Assembly: GCA_045642965.1 (NCBI GenBank)
Contig: JAZUJX010000101.1
Coordinates: 1 to 48,425, forward strand
Source: Synergistaceae bacterium
GTDB lineage: Bacteria > Synergistota > Synergistia > Synergistales > Synergistaceae
DNA: 48,425 nucleotides
Direction: 5' to 3'
The notes beneath the pieces are model-generated. The model was given only the letters and a program-made list of their open reading frames with translations, did not search any database and had not been told where the DNA came from. The position numbers and the translations under genes were made by a program. Shown here in pieces: positions 38,023 to 45,544 of this stretch (positions within the stretch are counted from its first letter, which is position 1; each line of letters opens with the position of its first letter).

Positions 38023-39025
38023 AACGCAGCAGCCTCCTTACCTGAGTATTGTCATTTCCGTCTTTTGAAACCAGAATCATGCGTATATTTTTGATTTCGG
38101 TTTCTTTCCTTACGAGATACGCCAGCGCGTTTTCGGCGGCAGGCGCTCCCCGGCAGGATTTTTTCAGCTGTTCGGTATTGAATTCGTCAAGCGCTTTTTC
38201 CAAATCAAGAATCAGATCGGCAAAGCTGTTTGAAGCTTCAATGCTGCCGAGCACAGCTCCGAGATCGGAGAAAATGACCGCTCTTGACCAGCTTTCAAAC
38301 GGCTCTGCGATAAGCGCCGAAAGCAGCTGCGCATCGATGTATCCTCCGTCGTAGAGGAAAGGCAGAGCGCGGGCTGCGTCGTAACCGAAACGTTTGAGTC
38401 TGAGCAGCGAACGAATATTTTCACCGTCGATTTTTGTGCGAATCCAGGAAATTACCCCAGGTATTCCAAGACCTTCAGCCAGCTGAAGCATTGCGGCAAA
38501 AAGTCCCTTGTCAAGCAGCCGTTCGATTTCGAGTATGTCGTGATTCTGTTCCCAAAGCGCGACAGCTTTCGGAACAAGTATACTAAGACCAAACGGAAGC
38601 AGTGCATATTCTTCTGTCTCAATTTTGGAAACAAGTTCGTCAACCGGATACGCCGCAAGTGAAGTGAGCAGATCGAGTCTCTCTTTTCCGCCTTCCTTTT
38701 TGTTAAAGGCGCTCTTCAGCATAACCTTAACGTTGTGGAAGTCGTACTGAAGCCTGAGTATTGTTACAAGCTCCCTGTCCGGCACAAACGAACTGATTTC
38801 TTCATAGGTTGCAAGCAGATCGGCCTCAAGCGCTTTTTCGTAATTCGTCCCGCCTGACTGAGCCGCCAGCGATGCGGAATAGGAAGTTTCTTCAAGTACC
38901 TTGAGCGCTGCCTGAATATCTTCCGCGTCGAGCATCCGCTGTATTGCCGCGGCGTCAAGAAGGCGGAGTTCCATCGCACGGATACGTGCAGAGCTGTAAC
39001 CGTAGGCTTCCTGACGTGACATCAA
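38012..39025 (-). CDS. ntpC: V/A-type ATPase subunit C (eukaryotic d homologue)
   Basis: 337 aa, all-helical, starting YGYSSARIRAMELRLL. It sits between subunits E and F. Confidence 0.85.
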   Translation of the reverse strand: MMSRQEAYGYSSARIRAMELRLLDAAAIQRMLDAEDIQAALKVLEETSYSASLAAQSGGTNYEKALEADLLATYEEISSFVPDRELVTILRLQYDFHNVKVMLKSAFNKKEGGKERLDLLTSLAAYPVDELVSKIETEEYALLPFGLSILVPKAVALWEQNHDILEIERLLDKGLFAAMLQLAEGLGIPGVISWIRTKIDGENIRSLLRLKRFGYDAARALPFLYDGGYIDAQLLSALIAEPFESWSRAVIFSDLGAVLGSIEASNSFADLILDLEKALDEFNTEQLKKSCRGAPAAENALAYLVRKETEIKNIRMILVSKDGNDNTQVRRLLRYAG

Positions 39026-39033
39026 AGCACCTC

Positions 39034-39615
39034 CTATGCCGTCGGGAAAAGACGTTTGATAACGTCAGTTTCCTTCTGTTCCTGTGCAACCTGAAGCAGC
39101 ATATCCCATGAGCAGTTGGAAATTATCTTATTCTGTTCAAGGATAAAACCGCCGCTGATATCTGCTTTTTCCTCCGAAAGCGCAAGGGCTGAGCCGGCTT
39201 TTTTGTTGTAGGCGTCAATCCACGCTTTATCGATATATTTTTCGTCAGCAGACAGCTGAATTTCTCCTTCTTTTGCTCCCGTTTCCGCCAGCAGTTTTTC
39301 GCAGAAGGCGAGATAGTCTTCTTTTGAAAGGCTGCAGAGACTGTCAAGAGCTGTTTTGTAAACGTCAGCTATAAGATTGCGTTTTGCCTGAAGCTGCATT
39401 TTGTTGATATCAAGCTTGGCAACAATCTCTCTGCGACGGAAAATTTCCGGACGCTCCGCGTCAAAACGGGCTTTGAAATCGTCGCGGATACGTTTGCATT
39501 CGGCTTCTGATTTCTCAAGCACCGCGGCAGCGTCTTCCTTTGCCTGCGCAAGGATGGCGTCTGCTTCGTTCTGAGCGTCCTTCTTAATTTTTTCCGTAAT
39601 CTGAGCCAAGGACAT
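39034..39615 (-). CDS. ntpE: V/A-type ATPase subunit E (peripheral stalk)
   Basis: 193 aa with an N-terminal long charged helix (ITEKIKKDAQNEADAILAQAKEDAAAVLEKSEAECKRI) and a globular C-terminus. Confidence 0.85.
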   Translation of the reverse strand: MSLAQITEKIKKDAQNEADAILAQAKEDAAAVLEKSEAECKRIRDDFKARFDAERPEIFRRREIVAKLDINKMQLQAKRNLIADVYKTALDSLCSLSKEDYLAFCEKLLAETGAKEGEIQLSADEKYIDKAWIDAYNKKAGSALALSEEKADISGGFILEQNKIISNCSWDMLLQVAQEQKETDVIKRLFPTA

Positions 39616-39633
39616 AGTCTTTACCCGGCTTTG

Positions 39634-40146
39634 TTAGAATTTACCGATACCTGTCAGCATAAGGATACTGACGAGAAGTCCGAAAACGGCGTAGGTTTCG
39701 CACATTGCGGGAAGGATGACCGCTTTACCGATTTCTCCGGGACGTTTTGAAATCATAAGGATTGATGCGGCAGATGATTTGCCCTGCCAGATTGCTGAAT
39801 AGAAACCGACGATGGCGATAGCAAGGCAGGAAAGACCGATTCCGAGACCTTTCCAAAGTCCACAGAGTTCGCCGCCGCCGAGAAGTCCTGCATTCTGAAG
39901 CGCGAGGACTGCTACGAGAAGTCCGTAAATGCCCTGTGTGCCGGGAAGTGCGAGAAGAACGAGCGCGTAACCGAATTTTTTCGGATCTTCGGTCATAATG
40001 CCTGCTGCCGCCTCATTGGCGAGACCGATGCCCCATGCAGAACCTGAGCCTGCAAAACCAACTGCCAAAGCAGCGCCGAGAACTGCGAGTACGGGTCCGA
40101 GTTGCTGTGTCATTGCTGAAAGAACGTCCATAAAATTTACCTCCAT
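39634..40146 (-). CDS. ntpK: V/A-type ATPase proteolipid subunit K (4-TM, duplicated hairpin)
   Basis: Aligns along its length with my recollection of Enterococcus hirae NtpK: ALPGTQGIYGL, SAIWQGKSSAAS and PAMCETYAVFGL. The start may be the internal ATG (MDVLSAM). Confidence 0.93.
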   Translation of the reverse strand: MEVNFMDVLSAMTQQLGPVLAVLGAALAVGFAGSGSAWGIGLANEAAAGIMTEDPKKFGYALVLLALPGTQGIYGLLVAVLALQNAGLLGGGELCGLWKGLGIGLSCLAIAIVGFYSAIWQGKSSAASILMISKRPGEIGKAVILPAMCETYAVFGLLVSILMLTGIGKF

Positions 40147-40193
40147 TGCTTTGAATTGAATTTGTGTTGTATTTTGAAAATTGTGTTGCCTTA

Positions 40194-42197
40194 CTAATCA
40201 GTTATTTTTGCAAACTGCGTTTCTTTTCTGAGCGGTTTGAAATCCATTCCGTTAGCGTCGTAGAATTTGCCGAAGAATTCAACGTACTGCAGACGAAGCG
40301 GGTGGATAAACGCTCCGAGAAGGTTAACCGCAATACTGAAAGAGTGTCCGAATACGAACAGCGCTATAGCAAGCGGAATACCCACGAAACGCGTCGGGGC
40401 TATAAGGTTGCAGAGCAGGTTTATAACAAGACCGACGGCTGCGGAACCGAGCCCGAGAGCAAGAAGTCTGCTGTAACTGAGAACGTCGCCGAGATATCCG
40501 GTAACGTTGTAAAGGCTCATAAGACCTGAAAACGCTTTGCCGAAAATCGACGGTTTGTCTCTTCCCTGCGTAAGGAACAGAAGCAGCGCTCCGCCTATCG
40601 CAAGCAGTTTTGAGACAAGTGCGAGGGACGCAGGAAGCTTTCCTGACATTGTAAGACCGACCATAACAAGTCCTACAAGGAAAATTATCCAGCCGCCCTG
40701 GTCAGCTATTGCGGCAAACTTTTCGCCGTTTTTCCAGTTCATGTAGAACGCAAGACAGATTCCGAAAATAACCTGAATGAAGCCGAGTATCAGGGAAATC
40801 GTAAGCAGCGTCATCGGGTCGTTCATCGGGTCAAGCAGCTGAAGCTTCTTGGCAAGCGGAACAACCGGCTTCATAAAGCCGAATGCCGTAATCGCGTCGC
40901 CGAAGAAGGAACCGGAAATTGCGCCGAATATTACGGTGCAGACCATACCGACAAAAAGCATGATGAAGAATTTGCGGAGCGTAGGCGAGAGTTTGTAACG
41001 GACAAGATAATATCCGAACAGAGCAGACAGAATAAGTCCGTAGCCTGCGTCGCCGAAGCACATGCCGAGGAACAGGAAGAAGAACGGCGCCATAACGGTC
41101 GTGGGGTCCACCGCGCCGTAGGTAGGAGTTCCGTACATGAGCGTCAGAGGCTCAAGCGAATTTGACCAGCCCGGATTTTTGAGCAGGGTAGGTGCCGTTT
41201 CGCCTTCTTCAGGTTCAATTTCCGCAAAATCGGTCGTATCTTCGTATTCCTTGAAAACAGCTTCAACGTCTTTGAATCTGTCCCGCGGAATCCAAAGATC
41301 CCAAATGTAAATATTTTCCGTAGGTTCGCCTTCAAGAATTGCAAGCGCCCTGTCGCGGCGTATCGCAAGAAAATCGCTTGCAATACGGATAAAGCCGAGC
41401 ACTTCGTCAGCTTTTTCGGACAGTTCTTCGGAAATTTTCGCGTCCTGTTTTTCAAGAACGGAAATTTTTGCTTCAAGCAGTGCTTTCTCGACAAGAGCCG
41501 TATCCGTAAATTCACGGGCGATTTCAACCTTTGTCAGAGAGAACTCTGAAGCTGTTTCGCGAAGCTTTTCAAGGTCACAGTGTCTGCAGAGCACCGCAAA
41601 AATCAGCTGAGACTCTTTGTCCTCGCCTGCGTAGCGCTTAAATTCAACCATTCCGTCAAAGCGCTCGTCAAGCGCCGTTTCAAGAGCGTCGGAAACGTTT
41701 GCGGGAACAGTATATATGCTCCCTGAAATTTCCTCTGTTCCTGCGGAAAACAGTTCAAGCGGATATTCAATTTTCTCAAGTGCGGAAAGCTGCACTACCT
41801 GAGCTTTTAATTTTGCAAGCTCAGAACGCAGATCCGTACTTTCTTTTTCTTTCTTTCGCAGCCAGGCGACCTGGGTTGCAAATTTGTGTTCGTTGGTAGT
41901 TGCCGCATAAAATTTCTTGGAACTTACTTCAGGCATATCGCCGAGCATTTTTGCCATTCCGCCCGCTTTGTTCTGCTCATACGGTTCAAGAACACGGCAG
42001 ACAAATTTCGCGTCCGCGATGCGTTCTTCAATCAGTTTCAGCGCGGTGCGGATATTCTGGGCAACTGCTCCGTCCTTTATGCCTTCAGTTTTGGAAGCAA
42101 ATTGACAGCATCCGAGGTTCTGCAGCTTCTGGGTAACTTCCGTGAGCACAGATTTGTGCACAGCCGCTCTGGCTTTGCACATTTTAGCAAGTGCCAT
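40194..42197 (-). CDS. ntpI: V/A-type ATPase subunit I (a-subunit; stator/ion channel)
   Basis: 667 aa with a soluble coiled N-half and a polytopic C-half containing LSYSRLLALGLGS (conserved Arg) and GHSFSIAVNLLGAFIHPLRLQYVEFF. Confidence 0.93.
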   Translation of the reverse strand: MALAKMCKARAAVHKSVLTEVTQKLQNLGCCQFASKTEGIKDGAVAQNIRTALKLIEERIADAKFVCRVLEPYEQNKAGGMAKMLGDMPEVSSKKFYAATTNEHKFATQVAWLRKKEKESTDLRSELAKLKAQVVQLSALEKIEYPLELFSAGTEEISGSIYTVPANVSDALETALDERFDGMVEFKRYAGEDKESQLIFAVLCRHCDLEKLRETASEFSLTKVEIAREFTDTALVEKALLEAKISVLEKQDAKISEELSEKADEVLGFIRIASDFLAIRRDRALAILEGEPTENIYIWDLWIPRDRFKDVEAVFKEYEDTTDFAEIEPEEGETAPTLLKNPGWSNSLEPLTLMYGTPTYGAVDPTTVMAPFFFLFLGMCFGDAGYGLILSALFGYYLVRYKLSPTLRKFFIMLFVGMVCTVIFGAISGSFFGDAITAFGFMKPVVPLAKKLQLLDPMNDPMTLLTISLILGFIQVIFGICLAFYMNWKNGEKFAAIADQGGWIIFLVGLVMVGLTMSGKLPASLALVSKLLAIGGALLLFLTQGRDKPSIFGKAFSGLMSLYNVTGYLGDVLSYSRLLALGLGSAAVGLVINLLCNLIAPTRFVGIPLAIALFVFGHSFSIAVNLLGAFIHPLRLQYVEFFGKFYDANGMDFKPLRKETQFAKITD

Positions 42198-42522
42198 ACG
42201 TCGTCGTCACCTCTTTGACAAGCCAGTCCGCCGCAGCCTTGACTGACGCTTTTTCTTTTTCGTAGAAAGCGTCTGCTTCCGCTTTGCCCTGCTTAAGCAT
42301 TTCAACTGCCTTCTCTTCCGCCTCTTTTTCGGCTGCCGCAATCGATTCGCGCCACTGTCTGTGGCTTTCCTGTTTTGCTTTTTTCACAGCCTGTTCAGAA
42401 TCAACCTGTGCGGCAGCAAGCATCTTACCCGCCTCAGCTTTTGCGTCAGCGACAATATTCTTTGCTGCCTCTTCCAAATCCCTGATTTCCTGTGCCATAT
42501 TTTCTGCCAACACGTTCACCAC
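42184..42522 (-). CDS. Small coiled-coil V/A-ATPase stalk subunit (archaeal H, eukaryotic G-like)
   Basis: 112 aa, Ala/Glu/Lys-rich single helix (..EAAKNIVADAKAEAGKMLAAAQVDSEQAVKKAKQE..). It is the first gene of the operon, as in aha/ntp operons. The start is a GTG and its exact position is uncertain. Confidence 0.6.
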   Translation of the reverse strand: MVNVLAENMAQEIRDLEEAAKNIVADAKAEAGKMLAAAQVDSEQAVKKAKQESHRQWRESIAAAEKEAEEKAVEMLKQGKAEADAFYEKEKASVKAAADWLVKEVTTTYGTC

Positions 42523-42794
42523 CTTTCGTCGTTTAAAAATTTATACTGCGTAAAACCTTAATCTGTGTTTTTGCAGACCGGAGCCGGTATCCAAACGCCC
42601 GCCTGCTCAAAGCATGCCGCCGATAAAATTTCGGTGTAACGATAACAGATGGAAAAAGCCAATTTCCACCCACAATTATTTTACTCTAAAAAAGACCAAA
42701 ATGGGACATACAATAAAAAAAATTTACCAAAAATTTGCCCCAAAACGGACTCTTTTTTATATAATTGTCCTAACAATTCGGAAAGGGTGATTTT

Positions 42795-43352
42795 ATGAAA
42801 CAGACATGGAAACCGGGGACACTGCTTTATCCTCTTCCGGCAGTGCTTGTTTCCTGCGGTACCGTTGAAAAACCAAACGCAATGACCGCTGCCTGGACAG
42901 GCACAATCTGTTCAGACCCTATCATGGTGTACGTTTCAATCAGACCTGAACGTTATTCATACGGGCTAATCGAAAAAAGCGGCGAATTCGTACTCAATCT
43001 CACTACGGAAAAACTTGCGAGAGCGGCAGACCTGTGCGGCGTCAAATCTGGACGCGACACGGACAAATTCAGGCTGTGCCGTCTGACGCCTGAAAACGCC
43101 TCAGAAATTTCCGCGCCGCTCATCAAGGAGAGCCCTGTAAATATTGAATGCAAAGTAGAGAAAATCGTGCCTCTCGGAAGCCATTCAATGTTCATAGGCA
43201 GGGTGCTCGCCGTTGACGTTGAGGAATCCCTGCTTGATTCAAAAGGCAGGCTGCAGCTTGAAAAAGCCAATCTTCTTGCATACAGCCACGGGGAATATTT
43301 TGCTCTCGGCAGAAAGCTCGGAACTTTCGGCTGGACAGTTCGCAAAAAATAA
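42795..43352 (+). CDS. Flavin reductase-like (FMN-binding split-barrel, flavoredoxin-type) protein
   Basis: 185 aa with LLYPLPAVLVSCGT..PNAMTAAWTGTICSDPIMVYVSIRP and GSHSMFIGRVLAV, typical of the Flavin_Reduct family. Confidence 0.85.
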   Translation: MKQTWKPGTLLYPLPAVLVSCGTVEKPNAMTAAWTGTICSDPIMVYVSIRPERYSYGLIEKSGEFVLNLTTEKLARAADLCGVKSGRDTDKFRLCRLTPENASEISAPLIKESPVNIECKVEKIVPLGSHSMFIGRVLAVDVEESLLDSKGRLQLEKANLLAYSHGEYFALGRKLGTFGWTVRKK

Positions 43353-43390
43353 TATTTAATATATACGTCATCCGAAGGGGGAAAAAAACG

Positions 43391-43534
43391 ATGCTCGTAT
43401 GTGCGCTTTGCGGTAAGGTTCTTAAGGAATGCTGCGACATTTTCTACGAAGCCGAAGACGAAAACGGAAACTCCGTAGTAGTCTGCGGAGACTGCGCGAC
43501 AGAACACAATCTTGAATTTGAAGACGACGAATAA
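43391..43534 (+). CDS. 47-aa zinc-ribbon-like small protein with an acidic tail; not in the ORF track because it is under 60 aa
   Basis: My translation is MLVCALCGKVLKECCDIFYEAEDENGNSVVVCGDCATEHNLEFEDDE, with CxxC at residues 4-7 and 32-35. A GAAGGGGGA RBS lies 9 nt upstream, and a strong terminator begins within ~15 nt of the stop. Confidence 0.6.
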   Translation: MLVCALCGKVLKECCDIFYEAEDENGNSVVVCGDCATEHNLEFEDDE

Positions 43535-43545
43535 ATAAGCTTTCA

Positions 43546-43586
43546 AAAATAAAACAGAACGCCGCTCAGGCGTTCTGTTTTATTTT
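43546..43586. terminator. Bidirectional intrinsic terminator between the small ORF (+) and the MBL-fold gene (-)
   Basis: AAAAATAAAACAGAACGCC-gctca-GGCGTTCTGTTTTATTTT: a 13-bp stem with A/T runs on both sides. Confidence 0.85.
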
Positions 43587-44427
43587 ACTGCCTGATTTCG
43601 ATTTTTTCGCCGTCGCAGGTTACCGTTATTGCCCCGTTCCGCTGGCGGTAAAGGGGCGCGTCGTCAAGCATGAACATAAAGCTCGGCGCGTTGTTGATGT
43701 CGTATTTCGGAGCATCGGTAATTACTCCGTATTTGGGTTTGCACGCGTAGTACAGATTTTTGAAAGGTTCGCTTTTTGTCAGGTAAAAACCGTGGTGCGG
43801 CAGTTTCATAAAATCAACTTCGCCCGTGAACTGCTCTGACAGATAGGTTTCCATTCTTTTATCCAGAGCGTCTCCAAGGAAAAGGAAGCGTTTCCCGCGG
43901 AATTCAAGCAGAAGAACCAGCGAAGAATCGTTTGATACCATTCCCTCGTAAGGCTTCGGCGGATAAATCGTAAATTTCAGTTCGCCAAGCTCAAATTTCG
44001 TCGTTTCCCTGACAACTACAGGATTTTTTGAGAGTTCGCCGAGCGTTTTTCTGTAACGGTCTATGTGTTTGCTTTTCTTTTTGTCGTAATCGGTTTCATA
44101 CACCTCTCCGACGGGAATGGCTGTCAAAAGCTTTCCCGCTCCGCCAACGTGGTCTTTGTCGTAATGGCTGAGTATCAGGCAGTCAAATTTTCCGACCCCA
44201 AAGGAATTTTGAAGTTCTTCAAGTACGGCGTCAATCGTTTTTTCATAGCCTGTGTCAAGCATAACGTTGTATTCCGCCTGCTTAATGAGAATACAGTCTC
44301 CCTTGCCGACGTTAAAGAAATGTATTGTCAAATCGTCGGACGCCCGAACGGGCAGCGAAAGAAAAAGCGTCAGAAGTACCGCTGTCAGCAGACAAGACAG
44401 TATTCTTGCACAGCATCTGTTTTTCAT
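43585..44427 (-). CDS. Secreted MBL-fold metallo-hydrolase (ComEC C-terminal-domain-like)
   Basis: Signal-peptide-like N-terminus (CCARILSCLLTAVLLTLFLSLPVRA). It carries the motifs IHFFNVGKGDCILIK, LILSHYDKDHVGG (HxDxDH variant of HxHxDH) and LKLPHHG. Confidence 0.75.
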   Translation of the reverse strand: MKNRCCARILSCLLTAVLLTLFLSLPVRASDDLTIHFFNVGKGDCILIKQAEYNVMLDTGYEKTIDAVLEELQNSFGVGKFDCLILSHYDKDHVGGAGKLLTAIPVGEVYETDYDKKKSKHIDRYRKTLGELSKNPVVVRETTKFELGELKFTIYPPKPYEGMVSNDSSLVLLLEFRGKRFLFLGDALDKRMETYLSEQFTGEVDFMKLPHHGFYLTKSEPFKNLYYACKPKYGVITDAPKYDINNAPSFMFMLDDAPLYRQRNGAITVTCDGEKIEIRQ

Positions 44428-44447
44428 AACCTGCCATCTCCTTTAAC

Positions 44448-44473
44448 AAAAAATCCGCGGTGAACCGCGGATT
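44448..44473 (-). terminator. Intrinsic terminator of the tRNA operon
   Basis: The minus strand reads AATCCGCGG-ttca-CCGCGGATT-TTTTG. Confidence 0.8.
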
Positions 44474-44482
44474 GAATTTTCA

Positions 44483-44559
44483 TGGTGGCGCTGACTGGAC
44501 TCGAACCGGTGACCGATCGGGTATGAACCGATAGCTCTAGCCAACTGAGCTACAGCGCC
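44483..44559 (-). tRNA. tRNA-Met (CAT), elongator type; Ile2/lysidine type not excluded
   Basis: The reverse complement is GGCGCTGTAGCTCAGTTGGCTAGAGCTATCGGTTCATACCCGATCGGTCACCGGTTCGAGTCCAGTCAGCGCCACCA. It folds as a cloverleaf with an encoded CCA and a G1-C72 pair. The T-stem has one C-A mismatch. Confidence 0.88.
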
Positions 44560-44563
44560 ATAT

Positions 44564-44640
<77 letters not shown>

Positions 44641-44658
44641 ATTTGCAAAACTCTCAAA

Positions 44659-44744
44659 TGGTGCCGAGAGCGGGACTCGAACCCGCACGAACTTGCGTTC
44701 AGCGGATTTTAAGTCCGCAGTGTCTACCATTCCACCACCCCGGC
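44659..44744 (-). tRNA. tRNA-Leu (TAA), with a long variable arm
   Basis: The reverse complement is GCCGGGGTGGTGGAATGGTAGACACTGCGGACTTAAAATCCGCTGAACGCAAGTTCGTGCGGGTTCGAGTCCCGCTCTCGGCACCA. Confidence 0.92.
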
Positions 44745-44759
44745 GCTCAACAGAAAGAT

Positions 44760-44787
44760 ATTATACCAAAAAAATTTACGCCGTCAA
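44760..44787 (-). promoter_or_regulatory. Near-consensus sigma70 promoter of the tRNA operon
   Basis: The minus strand reads TTGACG, a 16-nt spacer ending in TGg, then TATAAT. The -10 ends ~15 nt upstream of the tRNA-Leu 5' end. Confidence 0.7.
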
Positions 44788-44832
44788 GTACGCAGAATAA
44801 CTAAAATTGAATTGCAGCGTCCTGCCGCGAAA

Positions 44833-45543
44833 TTATTTTGCCGTTTTCGCTTTCTTTTTCAGTTCGGCTTTTCCGAATTTACACCACTGAGCTACTGCAC
44901 ACTCCGCGCATTTCGGTTTTCTTGCGCCGCAGACATTGCGGCCGTGTTCAAGAAAATTCAAATGTCCTCCGCGAAAACGGCTTCCGTCAAGCACTGCTTC
45001 AAGATATTCCTGTATTTTTGCCGGAGTCCAGTTTTCCGGAACCCAGCCGAGTCTTTTTGTAATGCGCGTAATGTGCGTATCCACGGGAAACGCTTCGCGG
45101 CCAAGATCAAAAACAAGAACTATGCCTGCCGTTTTAACGCCGATGCCCGGAAGCGAAACAAGAAACGCGCGGATGTCTTCCGTTTTCCAGTCTTCCAGAG
45201 CTTTCAGGGAATAGCTGCCGAATTTTTCTTTGACGATTTCAAGCACAGACTTCATGTGCTTTGCCTTTGTTTCGCCGAGCCCCGCAACCCTTATGCAGTC
45301 AATAACGCTTTCAACAGGCGCTTCCGCGACCTGCTCCCAGTGCGGATAGGTTTCGCGCAGCTTCGCATAGGCTTTGTCCCTGTTTTTGTCGTTGGTATTC
45401 TGCGACAAAATTGTCAAAAGCAAATCGTCAAGCGGTTCGTCGTAACGAAAATCCGACGCGGGACGGGCTTCCCTGCCCCACTGCTTTTCAAGTTCGTCAA
45501 AAATTTCCTTTGCGTGAGCCGGTTTTTTCATCTTCAGGTTCAA
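44833..45543 (-). CDS. Endonuclease III-family HhH-GPD DNA glycosylase with a [4Fe-4S] cluster loop
   Basis: HhH motif LPGIGVKTAGIVL (Lys present), catalytic Asp in FPVDTHITR, and Cx6Cx2Cx5C (CGARKPKCAECAVAQWC). The start is either the TTG at 45543 or the ATG at 45531. Confidence 0.88.
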   Translation of the reverse strand: MNLKMKKPAHAKEIFDELEKQWGREARPASDFRYDEPLDDLLLTILSQNTNDKNRDKAYAKLRETYPHWEQVAEAPVESVIDCIRVAGLGETKAKHMKSVLEIVKEKFGSYSLKALEDWKTEDIRAFLVSLPGIGVKTAGIVLVFDLGREAFPVDTHITRITKRLGWVPENWTPAKIQEYLEAVLDGSRFRGGHLNFLEHGRNVCGARKPKCAECAVAQWCKFGKAELKKKAKTAK

Positions 45544-45544
45544 A

